Virus record (IMG/VR): IMGVR_UViG_3300049320_000001
Span: 1-64,000 of that record
Length of the DNA stretch: 64,000 nt
Reading direction: 5' to 3' (one strand)
From: a virus
Taxonomy: Duplodnaviria; Caudoviricetes
Part shown: positions 25,101-34,989 of the stretch, one piece after another
Layout of the letters: the number at the start of each line of letters is the position of its first letter
How positions within the stretch are numbered: position 1 is the stretch's first letter
Position numbers and translations under genes: made by a program
The notes under the pieces: generated by a model
What the model was told of the DNA's origin: nothing
Database searches by the model: none
What the model saw: the letters and a program-made list of their open reading frames with translations, nothing else

Positions 25101-27914
25101 GGAGGCAACCTCAACTCGGATGCTCAGCAGGAGTTCCGCCAGTTGCTGATGAGCACCATGGGTCGTGAGCAGGGCACCGCCCTCTCTCGGCAGTTGCTCG
25201 CCAACCAGCGTCCCGGTCCTCAGACCATTGAGTCCATCCAGGAGTTGGTCGCCGCTGGTGGGCGTGGTCGTGGGTCCCTCCTGGGCTCAGGAAGTGGTGA
25301 TGCTCAGCAGGCGTATGCCGCTCTGGGCAAGGGGTCCTTGCAGATCGATGCTCAGGGGCGTCCGGTCTATGCGGCTGCCGCCCTGCTTGCTGGTGAGCGG
25401 GAAGTGCAGGACCCCAGGAACCGCATCAAGATGCAGAGTGGCGGTGAGGCAGGCGATACCGGTACCTACTACGACACTGACCCCAAGGTAAAGGCGCAGT
25501 ACGCCGCTGTCCGTGAGGCACTCGCCAGGGAGTTCCAGGACAAGTACCCCGGTCAGAAGGTCAACCTCAAGAGTGCTGACAGCATCGAGGAGATCCTCAA
25601 GGCCTTCCGCGACAGCGGTGGGGTGGGGGGCAAGTTTGCCGACGACCTCGAAGCGATCTTCAACTCGATCAACTACAAGGGGGCAGACGCTGCTACTGCC
25701 CTCAAGCGGCTGGGTGTCGAACTCGCCAACGTGGCTCAGGCTGCGGACGAGGACCCCAACTCCGCTGGCTACAAACTGCGTCACGGCTACCTGGGCCAGA
25801 TCATGCAGGGCGCTGACATCGACTTCAACCTCGATGCTGACCGGCCTGCCTACCGCCTGGGTGGGATGGCCCTCAACACCTTCGCCGGTTACGACAAGGA
25901 CCAGCACCAGGGTGCCTTCAACGACATCGCCACCTACACCCGGCAGTTGGCGCACTGGATGGAGGTCCGTGCCTCCAACCCCGGCAACGGTCAGTTGCTG
26001 GACCTGGCGAACGCCAACATCGCTGCTGCTCAGGGCGGGATCAACCAGCAGCGCACCCTGACGATGAGTGGCACCCAGCAGATCGGTGCGATCTCCAACG
26101 ACATCATCACCATGGCCAACAGCCCGGACGCAGTGGAGAACACCGACTCCATCCAGGCTCAGTTGGAGAACGTCACGGGTCTGTACAACCAGCAGTTGGA
26201 CCAGTTGAAGGGCTTCATCCTCCAGGTGCGTTCCCTGCGTCGTCAGGAGCGCTACGAGGAGCAGGACCACACCAAGCAGTTGGGTCGGATGTGGCGGGAC
26301 CGCAACCTCCAGATCAGGGAGATGCAGTACCAGTACGGGGAGAACATCCGTCAGTCCACCATGGCGATCTCGCAGTCCTTCGGTAACCCTGGGGCCTTCG
26401 TTCAGTCCTCCTACACCCAGAGCGCCTCGTCTGCGATGACGGGCCTGCGGGCGCAGAACGAGTACCTCCAGCGCTCCAAGAGGGCGATGGACACCTTGGG
26501 TGGGATGGGGGTGTCCAAGGACGTCATCCGCGAGATGGGTCTGGACGACCCCAAGAACTTCGTCCAGGCAGAGCGCTTCGTGAAGGACCTGGCTGGCAAC
26601 CCCAAGTTGGTGAGCGCTTGGAACACGGCGATCAAGAACCGGCTCAGGATCTCTGAGGGCATCGCCACTGACCCGAACAACTCCAAGTTCGCGGAGATGA
26701 AGCGGCAGTTCGACAAGCAGGGCAAGGACGCTGCTGCTGCCTTCAAGCGCTCCCTGCACGACTTCGATGACGCCTACAAGACGGCCCAGAAGCGCCAGTT
26801 GGACAGCATCAACCAGTTGGCCGCAGACGCCATGGACGGCGTCGGCAACATTATGAGGGCAGCCAAGGACACCGGGATCAGGAACATCCGGGCCTACGCC
26901 AACGAGATCGTTCGTCAGTCTGGCAACGTCCAGGCTGCCATCGCCGCCATGACCCGCGCTGGGGTGTTCGCTGCCAACATCGGGGGTGGTGGTCCTGGTG
27001 GTGCGACAGGTACCTATCGGAACCCCACTGCTGTCACAGGTGGTCAGCGCGGTGGTGGTTACGGTGACGTTGGCGTCACGTCCTCGATCCGCACAGGTGC
27101 TGGTGGTGCGGGCCACATCGGGGACTCCGACATGGGGAGTGTCACCCAGGGTGGGACGACCTACGTCATGCCTGGCACCGGCACGGTGTACTCAGGTGGT
27201 CGCAGCACCTACTCCGGTCGGGCCACTGACAACTTCCAGCCGTCCGAGGAGTTCATGCGGGCACACCCCGCCAACCCCTCGTTCAACAAGAGCATCGCCC
27301 GGTCCATGATCGGTGCCTACCGGTGGAACACGACCGAGTTCAACGCTCTGGACAAGTTGTGGACCCGTGAGTCGGGCTGGAAGCAGTACGCCGACAACCC
27401 CGGCTCCTCTGCCTATGGTATTCCGCAGGCCCTTCCTGGCACCAAGATGGGCACCTTCGGCAAGGACTGGCGCACCAACCCGGCCACGCAGATCGCTTGG
27501 GGTCTGAGTTACATCGCCAACCGGTACGGCAGTCCCTCCGCAGCCTGGTCGCACGAGCAGAAGGTGGGCTGGTACGGCAAGGGCGGTGTTATGACGGGCC
27601 GTCAGATCATCGGTGTGGCCGAGAACGGCCCCGAGATGGTCCTGCCCCTGAACGGCGCTGGTGTGTCCTTCGTGGCCCACGTGGTGGCCCAGACCATGGC
27701 ACGGAGCGGGCTGACCACTGCCGCCATGATGTCCACCCGGACAGCCGGTCATGCCGGGGCTACCTACTACGGGGACACCACCTACCACGTGGACTCCTCC
27801 ACCAACTTCACCGGGGCCATCACGGTGGAGGCTTCGGACCCGAACGAGATGGCCCGCAAGTTGGCAGCCCAGAAGCGCCTCAAGGCGCTGACCCGACCCC
27901 CGAGCAGTAGGTAG
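22191..27914 (+). CDS. Tape measure protein with C-terminal lytic transglycosylase domain
   Basis: 1907 aa, helical Ala-rich with TP901-like N-terminal region; LWTRESGW..A.NP.SSAYGIPQALPG.KM..DWRTNP.TQI.WGL.YI..RYGSP..AW. Confidence 0.92.
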   Translation: MTTPSGGMDRNVKVNLTADVDPFQRSMEVATKSIEKTTNAVVVLAKKIDELWKSAGKKLELFGAGGLASLVAATEAASRLDIAFRGVRSTAAVTGQAVRELKEGAEGLARALPASNSQVAQLMGQVQDLGVRGTENIVKFTEVALRLATATNTAPGELFSGLMQLTRTMNGSTQDLERYSSSLVALSKNNGVAAQSVIGFSNAIEAVASRAGYTQAQVLGLSTAFARAGADSGAGATAFIKVTNDISEAMRTGSKQLDTYANLVGMSRQRFQALAQDNPAEAFIKVIEAIKDSGPKGIAILQQLGLDSIRTQRAVAALTSGQANLKQTLEESSEAYRKNEALNKASNAAYADLSSAMTKFRTAIAQVAEAMGGPFLGVATKMVEALTKVINVFNTLPGPVKTTIAVLAAVGSSLTIGAGALMIISLAVVKFGLAWRLMSGAMASNVFKGLFDGLRGAPRALDNTSSAMTRLYNATYKTSNAMRGSRMADTGPGLFGTVMGESGTSNPIGLPGRYLRSQLREVGDTLRHPLDYRKRNPLAYSEYSIAGMGVRTQKWAEGQGRPDEHPFLAKARDLLKGNPEENLSKAQQENLRLRQIADEKARAYKEGYAKIREAMREDPEGFDQQAATHFGKKASGGLTDRHREVYAQNVAQAAANEAAKAKKKTFDQADIDSGLAPFKAMTLKIKTMSGEMVADVGTGTAKIMDLVTAAFAQSVAKIVELAARAKMALLEVSSGSPGVATHGLAGAISGMSGAATNAGEKIRGVVAGMNTPTAGRAGMNLPLPSILGGWGPLAPHDGTGNKIITLSQAGRAEEFAAGSTRRTGALMASLGEKASGLAAGFTDISGKVMGVVGPLALIGTAAFAAGSAIHAFAEKGKQAALKMATTGEEFANALGQKFKLPTYQGGANLEPGDRPNPYSDAEYAKANAPDFIKKHKEDIERFQTLGDHGGGVKGQAAYARILLDRMVASSGGNLNSDAQQEFRQLLMSTMGREQGTALSRQLLANQRPGPQTIESIQELVAAGGRGRGSLLGSGSGDAQQAYAALGKGSLQIDAQGRPVYAAAALLAGEREVQDPRNRIKMQSGGEAGDTGTYYDTDPKVKAQYAAVREALAREFQDKYPGQKVNLKSADSIEEILKAFRDSGGVGGKFADDLEAIFNSINYKGADAATALKRLGVELANVAQAADEDPNSAGYKLRHGYLGQIMQGADIDFNLDADRPAYRLGGMALNTFAGYDKDQHQGAFNDIATYTRQLAHWMEVRASNPGNGQLLDLANANIAAAQGGINQQRTLTMSGTQQIGAISNDIITMANSPDAVENTDSIQAQLENVTGLYNQQLDQLKGFILQVRSLRRQERYEEQDHTKQLGRMWRDRNLQIREMQYQYGENIRQSTMAISQSFGNPGAFVQSSYTQSASSAMTGLRAQNEYLQRSKRAMDTLGGMGVSKDVIREMGLDDPKNFVQAERFVKDLAGNPKLVSAWNTAIKNRLRISEGIATDPNNSKFAEMKRQFDKQGKDAAAAFKRSLHDFDDAYKTAQKRQLDSINQLAADAMDGVGNIMRAAKDTGIRNIRAYANEIVRQSGNVQAAIAAMTRAGVFAANIGGGGPGGATGTYRNPTAVTGGQRGGGYGDVGVTSSIRTGAGGAGHIGDSDMGSVTQGGTTYVMPGTGTVYSGGRSTYSGRATDNFQPSEEFMRAHPANPSFNKSIARSMIGAYRWNTTEFNALDKLWTRESGWKQYADNPGSSAYGIPQALPGTKMGTFGKDWRTNPATQIAWGLSYIANRYGSPSAAWSHEQKVGWYGKGGVMTGRQIIGVAENGPEMVLPLNGAGVSFVAHVVAQTMARSGLTTAAMMSTRTAGHAGATYYGDTTYHVDSSTNFTGAITVEASDPNEMARKLAAQKRLKALTRPPSSR

Positions 27915-27916
27915 CC

Positions 27917-28366
27917 ATGCCTGGGTTCACTCCTGTCGTCTCTGCCTCTGTCACGCGGGCGCAGTTGTCCCTGGCTGACCTCAACCTGTCGGACCACACG
28001 AACTTCTACGTCTCCGGGGACATCTTCGGCGGGACCGTCACGTGGCGGCGTACCACCGTCAAGAGCCCCTACGTGGAGAGCGAGTTCACCACCAACCGAG
28101 TGCGCGGGATCGTGGAGGACAAGTTCGGGGTCAACGTCATCGGGACGGACCAGGTCACCATGGCCAACAACATCGCCGTCCTGATCGCTGCCTTCTCCCA
28201 GGACACCTTCAACCTGACTGTCCAGTTGGACTCCCAGCCCTACACCTACGCCTGTGAGGCCTCGGACTACACGATGGACTGGAGCATCGGACGGATGCAC
28301 TCCCTCCAGACCGAGATCAAGTTTCAGTTGCGACGGTCACCCGTCCCGATCAACGGACCTATCTGA
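27917..28366 (+). CDS. Distal tail (Dit)-like protein
   Basis: Immediately after tape measure, 149 aa, beta-rich. Confidence 0.6.
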   Translation: MPGFTPVVSASVTRAQLSLADLNLSDHTNFYVSGDIFGGTVTWRRTTVKSPYVESEFTTNRVRGIVEDKFGVNVIGTDQVTMANNIAVLIAAFSQDTFNLTVQLDSQPYTYACEASDYTMDWSIGRMHSLQTEIKFQLRRSPVPINGPI

Positions 28367-28806
28367 TGGCATCGAACGTCACTGACTGGGGTGAGAACGC
28401 CTTCCTGGGCGCTCTCATCGGAGCCACCTCTGCGGTCCCTGGGACCTTCTACATGGGGCTGCTCACCCAGGCCCCTGTGGCTTCTGACGACGGCACCACC
28501 GTCATGGAGCCGCTTTCCGCCTCGGGGTACTCCAGGGTCAGTTTCAGCAACTCCTCTTCCTTCTGGAGTGCTGCTTCCGGTGGCGTGGTGATCAACACCG
28601 GAACGATCACCTTCCCCATCGCCTCTGCTGACTGGACAGTCGTGACCCACTACGGGCTCTTCACGGCAGCAACAGCAGGCAACATGTACATGTACGCCCC
28701 TTTGCAACTCCCACGAGTGGTTCAGGCAGGCCACTTGTGCAAGTTCGATCCAGGCCAGTTGTCCATCTCTCTGCAAGGCGCACGTCAGACCATCATGTCC
28801 AGTTAG
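28366..28806 (+). CDS. Small beta-rich virion protein, paralog 2 of 4
   Basis: YMGLLT..P..E...GYSRV.F..N.GTITFP.A..W..VTH.GLF.A.T.GN. Confidence 0.7.
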   Translation: MASNVTDWGENAFLGALIGATSAVPGTFYMGLLTQAPVASDDGTTVMEPLSASGYSRVSFSNSSSFWSAASGGVVINTGTITFPIASADWTVVTHYGLFTAATAGNMYMYAPLQLPRVVQAGHLCKFDPGQLSISLQGARQTIMSS

Positions 28807-28843
28807 CGTTAGACAACGCTGCGCCACCTGAGAGGATGTCACT

Positions 28844-29224
28844 GTGGCTGCTCTTTCGACTTACCTAGAGAACGCTCTGCTGAACGAGACTCTGCGGAAC
28901 GTCGGCTACACCCCCGCTGCCACCGTGTACCTGGCCCTCTACACCACGAACCCCACGGTGGCCGACTCAGGTACTGAGGTCACAGGTGGGTCCTACGCCC
29001 GACCATCTGTGGCCTTCGCTGCGGCTTCCGGTGGCATCTGCACCAACTCCGCGCTCATCACCATCACCAACATGCCTGCGGTCACGGTGACCTACATGGG
29101 TATTCGGGACGCCGCTACGGCGGGCAACTTGCTGTACTTCGGTGCTCTGTCCACCGCCAAGACCCTCAACGCTGGTGATGCCTTCGTCGTCCAGGTCGGG
29201 GACCTCTCCGTCGCTCTCTCGTAG
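28844..29224 (+). CDS. Small beta-rich virion protein, paralog 3 of 4
   Basis: LSTYLENALLN..VYLALYT.NPT..GTEVTGGSYAR..N...IT..MP..VT.MGI.DA.T.GNLL. Confidence 0.75.
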   Translation: MAALSTYLENALLNETLRNVGYTPAATVYLALYTTNPTVADSGTEVTGGSYARPSVAFAAASGGICTNSALITITNMPAVTVTYMGIRDAATAGNLLYFGALSTAKTLNAGDAFVVQVGDLSVALS

Positions 29225-29230
29225 GTCCCG

Positions 29231-31198
29231 ATGCAGAGCATCGTCAACGGAATCTGGGCCGAGGACTTCAACTACGGCTATCCCTATGGGAACTCCACCC
29301 TCACTGCTACGGCTAACGCTATGCGAAACCGTAGGTTCCTCCCGCCTGAGTTCACCTACTCCGGGACCATCGTGTCTCCTCGGGGGGTTATCTCCTCCAC
29401 CAGGTACGCCAGGACTGACTTTCAGATCCACTACCTGACCCCCGCGACCGAGCCCAACAACCTGGACACCTCCAGTCATGGTGGGGCGCACTCCCTGGCT
29501 CCGTACTACCTCAGGTTCCCGAGGTTGGTGTGGAACGAGACCCAGATGCTGACGTTGGACATCACGCTCTTCGCTGATGGCACGCTGACCTACGACCGGG
29601 CCTACGACGGGCACAAGAACGACCGCTTTCTCCTGATGGTCAACGGGCGTGAACGCCGCACCGTCACCCACACCGCAGGGCACTCCTGGGTAACCGACTC
29701 CACCTTGCTGAGGAAGGGTCGCAACAGGATCAGTTGGGTGATCAAGACCGCCACCTACGTTCCGCCCGTCACCCGTAACGGTGTCACGGTCAGCACCACC
29801 CCTCCGACCGTGAGTCGCTCCTTCCGGCTGTGCCGGTTCAGCATCCAGAACGTCAACACCTTCCCTGGCGGAACAGTCGGGCTGCGAGGTGCCCCGGTCT
29901 ACATCGACCTGGATGCGACAGGCACAGCCACCTTCACTGGCAGAAGGGGGGCACGGGGACAGGTCAGCCTGCGTACCAACTCCACACTGGGCTACAAGGC
30001 CAAGCCAGCCATGGCGTCGATGAACGGCGCGGCCAGTGTCACCTTCACACTCCGCTCGAACACCAACGCCCAGTGCGCGATGCTGGGCGAATCCTTGTTC
30101 GGGCAGACCGGCGCGGTCTCCTTCAGCCATGCGGCCAATGACTGCCCCATCGAGGTGAACTCCACCGGGGCACTCACTGTGGCGGTGCCCTTCAACACCC
30201 CGCAGACGGTCACCAGCCTGATCCGCAACCTCCAGTCGGTCAGCCTGACGATGAACACCCCGGTGTTCATCAAGGGCCTGCCGATGATGCCCAAGTACCA
30301 GAACACCCAGGTCACCAACATCAGCACGGCTGGTGGCTACGTCTACACCGACCCGGTCTCACCCACTTCGATCAACCACGTCTATCCCATCGCTGCTCCT
30401 AAGTACCGATGGGTGGCAACCGACATCGCTGGTGCAGACAACGCTCAGGTTCTCACCTGGCCAGAGCACGGTGGGACCGGACCTTCCTGGGTGTCCACCA
30501 CCGCCTACGCCCCCACGATCAACCCGCACGAGCGGTACAGCGACCTCACGGGCACCTACACCACCTACTCCAGGACGGTGCGCTTCTACAGCGACAACCT
30601 GGACCACATGTGGCTGACCATGCCAGCCAACGCCTTCCCCACCACCGTCACCAACGTGACGCCCTTCCAGCCCTACTCCTGGGTCATCGTGGCCATGGTC
30701 CACCCGATGTTCGCTGAAGAGCCCAACGTCATCCTGGATGCCTTCCTCAACGGGGCGACCCCCACGGACTACTCCGAGCAGATCGAGATGGATGACGTAG
30801 ACATCGACGTCAACGACGGGACAGGAGGGTGGCGCTCCACCATCCGGCTCCAGAACGAACATGCCTGGTTGCAGAGCAACAACACCACTGCTCTCTATGG
30901 GCGGTTCGTCCACAACTACAAGCCGGTGGTCTACACGGGGGTCTTCAACGGGGCCAGTTCGTCCCTGACAGGCTGGGGGACCAACTACATGCAGAAGATG
31001 TCGGGGTCTGTCGGCGCTGGCTCGAACTACCAGCAGGGCTTCGTGCTGGGGCGGCGTACCAACCACTACTGGCGGCGCAACTCCTCCAACATGACAGTGT
31101 TCGAGGTCGCCTTCTACAACCGGGCCATCTCTGCTACCGAAACCATGGTGCTGAGCCAGTACCTCATGGGCGTCTACAAGTTTGATAGTTACCAATGA
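29231..31198 (+). CDS. Minor tail protein, possible LamG-like C-terminal domain
   Basis: Tail tip position; SWVIVAM..GFVLG..MTVFEVAFYNRAIS. Confidence 0.65.
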   Translation: MQSIVNGIWAEDFNYGYPYGNSTLTATANAMRNRRFLPPEFTYSGTIVSPRGVISSTRYARTDFQIHYLTPATEPNNLDTSSHGGAHSLAPYYLRFPRLVWNETQMLTLDITLFADGTLTYDRAYDGHKNDRFLLMVNGRERRTVTHTAGHSWVTDSTLLRKGRNRISWVIKTATYVPPVTRNGVTVSTTPPTVSRSFRLCRFSIQNVNTFPGGTVGLRGAPVYIDLDATGTATFTGRRGARGQVSLRTNSTLGYKAKPAMASMNGAASVTFTLRSNTNAQCAMLGESLFGQTGAVSFSHAANDCPIEVNSTGALTVAVPFNTPQTVTSLIRNLQSVSLTMNTPVFIKGLPMMPKYQNTQVTNISTAGGYVYTDPVSPTSINHVYPIAAPKYRWVATDIAGADNAQVLTWPEHGGTGPSWVSTTAYAPTINPHERYSDLTGTYTTYSRTVRFYSDNLDHMWLTMPANAFPTTVTNVTPFQPYSWVIVAMVHPMFAEEPNVILDAFLNGATPTDYSEQIEMDDVDIDVNDGTGGWRSTIRLQNEHAWLQSNNTTALYGRFVHNYKPVVYTGVFNGASSSLTGWGTNYMQKMSGSVGAGSNYQQGFVLGRRTNHYWRRNSSNMTVFEVAFYNRAISATETMVLSQYLMGVYKFDSYQ

Positions 31199-33297
31199 GT
31201 AGCAAGTGGACAGTCGCCTCTACCACCCGCTCCACGCTGGGTCGGTTCCAGATCGTCTTCGGCCCTCCGGGTGGGGCGCAGAAGGACGTCACCTTCTTCC
31301 GTGACATCCCAACCGTGCTGGAGACCTACTCCAGCGCTGATCCCTTCGGGGACTCCACCATCTCGATGTCCTTCCCGCAGATCACGATCTTCGATGAGAT
31401 CGGTGAGGGGGAGTTGTCCTGGCTCAACGACTTCTCCGACATCGACATCTACATCGTGCCTCCGGGAGCAGCCAACCCGGCACTGGGGACAGACACCCGC
31501 ATCAAGGTCTGGGAGGGCTTCCTCACCTCCATGGACTGGGTAGCCAACGAGGACTCATCGGCCCTGCACATCCAGGGCCAAGGAGCGCTCTTCCAGGGCG
31601 ACAAGTACGTGCAGGGGCCGACCTTCCCCCCGCGTCCGGTGACCTACGAGCGGCTCATTAGGCTGGCTCTGGATCCTGCCAAGCGCCCGCATCTGCGTAC
31701 CAAGCCGGTCCAGATCGTCTGGCCTGCTGGCTGGACCAAGGTGCAGCCTGCTGGGGCTGTCACGATGTTCACCCCGTACGGGACTGCTCCTGGCGAGAAG
31801 ATCTCCGGCTACACCACACGCTCGACAGGGTCGTGGGACCGCACCCTCACCTCCTACATCCAGAACATGCTCCAGGTGATGTACACGGACACGGGCGACC
31901 AGTGGACGATGTACAAGAACACCGGCAGGCAGCCTGTTCTCACCGTTCGTCAGCGCAGCGCCACCCCCCAGTATTCGGTGTGGGCCTCCCAGCCGGGTGT
32001 GCAGATGAACATCAGCCGCGACATGACCCAGTACGCCAACATCGTCTTCGGCCAGGGGATCGACAGCAACGGCGCTGAGTTCCACCGGCAGATCATCTCC
32101 AGGGATGGGGCCACCACCACCTACGAGCCGATGGCCTCCGACCCTCGCGTCTATCCCGAGGTCTCCCTCACCAACCCCCGGTTCGACAACCACATCATGC
32201 GGGTCGAGACCTTCGTCAAGTACGACAACGGCTTCAATGAGCGCCAGGCCTTGGTCTCGGCCAAGAAGACGCTCCAGAACGACATGGACCCTGGGTTCTC
32301 CGGTGAGATGACACTGACCATCGACCCAGTCGGTGGATCCCGGTACCTGATCAAGGCTGGGGAGAAGATCACGGTCAAGTACCTGGTCGGCAGCGGCAGC
32401 ACTGGGGTGACGTTCCACATCGCAGAGGTGAACGTCAACGTCGTAGATGGGTCGGTGTCGCTGAAGATCGACACCAAGTTCCGGGACCTGCTGACCCTGG
32501 AGGAGTCCCTCGTCCGGGCACGTGACCCGCTCACCCCGGTCAAGATGCTCCAGATCAACAAGCGCTCGCAGTTGATCCAGGACGTCCTCGCCCCCTGGGA
32601 CTACAGCAAGGGGTCGGGCTACGTGCCCAAGGCCTCGATCCCCTACTACCGCAACGTCCCTTCGACAGAGCGGTTCCCCTACCCCGCCCAGGCGGTCAAG
32701 TACAACCCTCGCCTCTACCCGACCTTCTACGTGAAGGTCAACGCCAACGCTGGGCTGGCGAACAACAGGTGGACCGTGCGGGTGCCGATCAGGATGGCCC
32801 AGCGGGTGGACATCAGGCACACCCAGTTCTGCGCCTACGACATCGCGGGAAACCGGGTCCGCTGCCCGTTCCACATCTCCTTCTACTACAACCCGGTGGG
32901 TGTGGACCAGATGCCTCGGGGCGACAACGGGCAGCACAGTCCGTTCATCCCGAACGCCTTCGAGTCCACCAATCAGTACGGCGAGCCCATCCCTGCCGGG
33001 ACTCCTGGTGCGGTCCGCATCCCCGACCAGAGCCTCATCATCGGCTGGGGCAACCACGACCAGCCTGCTGGCTACTCTCCCGGCTCCCACTCCTCAGGTG
33101 ACCCTGCCACTGGGATGCTGGTAGACGACGTCTCCTGGAGTGCTGACCTCACCAGGAACCAGTCCTTCGACCTGAACCCGGCTATGGCGGGCAAGGAGAC
33201 CGAAGAGTCCATCACCATCTACGCGAACTTCTACGCGGAGTGGCACACCCCGGTCTACTTCATGGGCCGTCTGTTCAGGAAGGAGCCTGGGACATGA
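31195..33297 (+). CDS. Minor tail / hub (Tal-like) protein
   Basis: 700 aa at the tail tip; VWEGFL.S.DW and ..ETFV.Y..G..GE.TL..DP..I.AG..I.V hub-like segments. Confidence 0.7.
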   Translation: MSSKWTVASTTRSTLGRFQIVFGPPGGAQKDVTFFRDIPTVLETYSSADPFGDSTISMSFPQITIFDEIGEGELSWLNDFSDIDIYIVPPGAANPALGTDTRIKVWEGFLTSMDWVANEDSSALHIQGQGALFQGDKYVQGPTFPPRPVTYERLIRLALDPAKRPHLRTKPVQIVWPAGWTKVQPAGAVTMFTPYGTAPGEKISGYTTRSTGSWDRTLTSYIQNMLQVMYTDTGDQWTMYKNTGRQPVLTVRQRSATPQYSVWASQPGVQMNISRDMTQYANIVFGQGIDSNGAEFHRQIISRDGATTTYEPMASDPRVYPEVSLTNPRFDNHIMRVETFVKYDNGFNERQALVSAKKTLQNDMDPGFSGEMTLTIDPVGGSRYLIKAGEKITVKYLVGSGSTGVTFHIAEVNVNVVDGSVSLKIDTKFRDLLTLEESLVRARDPLTPVKMLQINKRSQLIQDVLAPWDYSKGSGYVPKASIPYYRNVPSTERFPYPAQAVKYNPRLYPTFYVKVNANAGLANNRWTVRVPIRMAQRVDIRHTQFCAYDIAGNRVRCPFHISFYYNPVGVDQMPRGDNGQHSPFIPNAFESTNQYGEPIPAGTPGAVRIPDQSLIIGWGNHDQPAGYSPGSHSSGDPATGMLVDDVSWSADLTRNQSFDLNPAMAGKETEESITIYANFYAEWHTPVYFMGRLFRKEPGT

Positions 33298-33656
33298 GCA
33301 TGACCAACTCTCTTGCTGCCAGCATCCTCACGGCCTACTACGTCACCCCAGTGATCTACCTAGGGCTGCACTCAGCAGACCCCACCACCAGTGGCAACGG
33401 TGCTACCGAGATCGCTGGTGGCTCCTACACCCGGCAGCGGATCATCTTCGGTGCACCTTCCAACCGTGCAGTGGCCAACGACAACCAGATCATCTTCCTG
33501 AACCTCCCGGCCACTACGGTGACCTGGTTCGGGATCTGGAGTGCTTCCACGGGTGGTACCTGTCGCCACACCATCCAGGCGGGTGCTGGGTTGACCTTCA
33601 GTTCCGGTGGGACTCTGGTCATCCCGGTTAGTGACATCGCAATCACACTCGCATAG
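33294..33656 (+). CDS. Small beta-rich virion protein, paralog 4 of 4
   Basis: IYLGLHSADP..GATEIAGGSYTRQ.I.F..N...I.F.NLP..VTWFGIW.A.TGG; ATG 33294 overlaps the upstream stop. Confidence 0.7.
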   Translation: MSMTNSLAASILTAYYVTPVIYLGLHSADPTTSGNGATEIAGGSYTRQRIIFGAPSNRAVANDNQIIFLNLPATTVTWFGIWSASTGGTCRHTIQAGAGLTFSSGGTLVIPVSDIAITLA

Positions 33657-33677
33657 TGTGGGGGTACCTAGAGAGGG

Positions 33678-33947
33678 ATGGCTATGTCCAAAGTGAGTGA
33701 AGCCCTTGCCAGGCCTACTCGTACCGGTACGCAGTTCGGTGCCGCCGAGATCCTGGTGCAGTTCGTGGAGGCCTTTCTCAGGGACCTCAACGAGGCTCAG
33801 CACGTGGCCCTGGTAGGTGTACTGACCCTGGTGGTTGGCACGATCCAGGTCCTCATCGAGAACAAGACCGGCGTGGGCTTCCTGCGCCAGGTGCCTCCTA
33901 CTGAGGTGCCTGTCATCGATCCCCCCGCAGACGGGCCGGAGGACTGA
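33678..33947 (+). CDS. Putative holin
   Basis: Hydrophobic segment VALVGVLTLVVGTIQVLIE..GVGFLR; directly before endolysin. Confidence 0.6.
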   Translation: MAMSKVSEALARPTRTGTQFGAAEILVQFVEAFLRDLNEAQHVALVGVLTLVVGTIQVLIENKTGVGFLRQVPPTEVPVIDPPADGPED

Positions 33948-34642
33948 TGGCAACCTCGTACAACGGTTGGCCTGCCTCAGCAGACCCGGCAGCCATCAAC
34001 ATCAACCGCAACGCGGTTGCACGTGGAACGACGGTCAGGTTCCCGGCTGGCCTCAAGAACGGCGATGTGGCCTTCGTCCTGGGGTACGTGGCCGGGGAAC
34101 TCCACAAGCGAGTCGAGCGTGCCGGGACGGGGGTGTGGGGCTACGCCTACCGGCAGAACCGCAACGCCCGCAACCTGTCCTGTCATGCCTCGGGGACTGC
34201 CTTCGACTGGAACGCCCCTCGGCACCCCAACGGCAAGTCGGGCACCTTCACGTCCAGGCAGAAGGCCACCATCCACGCGATCCTCAACGAGGTCGAGCAC
34301 GCGGTGAAGTGGGGCGGGGACTTCACCGGCACCAAGGACGAGATGCACTTCGAGATCTGCGTCGGTGCTCGGGACCTGGCTGCCATCGCCAAGCGGCTAC
34401 GGGCTCGGCTTGCTGCCCAGCGCCCTGTCCCGGCCTGGTGGACCACCAACCTGCGTCGTGGGATGACCAACCGCTCGGACATCCGCATCGTGCGGCAGAA
34501 GTTGCACCTCCCACTGGACGGGAGCGCCAACGATGACGACTTCGACGCCGAACTCGATGGTTACGTCCGTCGCTTCCAGCAGAGGTCTGGACTGGAGCCT
34601 GACGGAGTCGTGGGCAAACTGACAGCGAAGGTGTTGGGCTAA
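33947..34642 (+). CDS. Endolysin: M15-family Zn peptidase plus peptidoglycan-binding domain
   Basis: SYNGWPA..WGYAYR..NLSCHASGTAFDWNA..WGGDF..DEMHFEI; C-terminal VRRFQQRSGL.PDGVVGKLT. Confidence 0.9.
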   Translation: MATSYNGWPASADPAAININRNAVARGTTVRFPAGLKNGDVAFVLGYVAGELHKRVERAGTGVWGYAYRQNRNARNLSCHASGTAFDWNAPRHPNGKSGTFTSRQKATIHAILNEVEHAVKWGGDFTGTKDEMHFEICVGARDLAAIAKRLRARLAAQRPVPAWWTTNLRRGMTNRSDIRIVRQKLHLPLDGSANDDDFDAELDGYVRRFQQRSGLEPDGVVGKLTAKVLG

Positions 34643-34899
34643 TGGACCCCAAGGCGGGATACCTCTCCACAGAGTTCTGGACCACCCTCCTGGTGCACGT
34701 GGCGGCTATCGCCTCGCTGTTCTTGGACGTGGAGCCGATGGTGTCGGTAGCAGCCCTGGCTGCCGCTGGCGTCTCTCAGGCGCTCTACAGCCTCTCCCGG
34801 AGCCAGGCCAAGGTGGCGAGTACCCAGGCGGCTGCCCAGGTCGTCTCCACGCAGGCTGCGGTGGCTCAGATGTACGAGGACGAACGCGAACAGTCCTAG
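34642..34899 (+). CDS. Second holin-like membrane protein
   Basis: GYLSTEFW.TLL..two hydrophobic helices..Y.LSR. Confidence 0.6.
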   Translation: MDPKAGYLSTEFWTTLLVHVAAIASLFLDVEPMVSVAALAAAGVSQALYSLSRSQAKVASTQAAAQVVSTQAAVAQMYEDEREQS

Positions 34900-34904
34900 A
34901 ACGC

Positions 34905-34950
34905 AAAGAAGCCCCCTCCCCGACCCGAAGGTCAGAGAGGGGGCTTCTTT
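34905..34950. terminator. Bidirectional intrinsic terminator between convergent late and early blocks
   Basis: AAAGAAGCCCCCTC...GAGGGGGCTTCTTT inverted repeat with A/T tracts on both ends. Confidence 0.9.
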
Positions 34951-34989
34951 GTCTTGAGGGTGTGTTACTCCAGGGGTTGGAGCCAGGCG

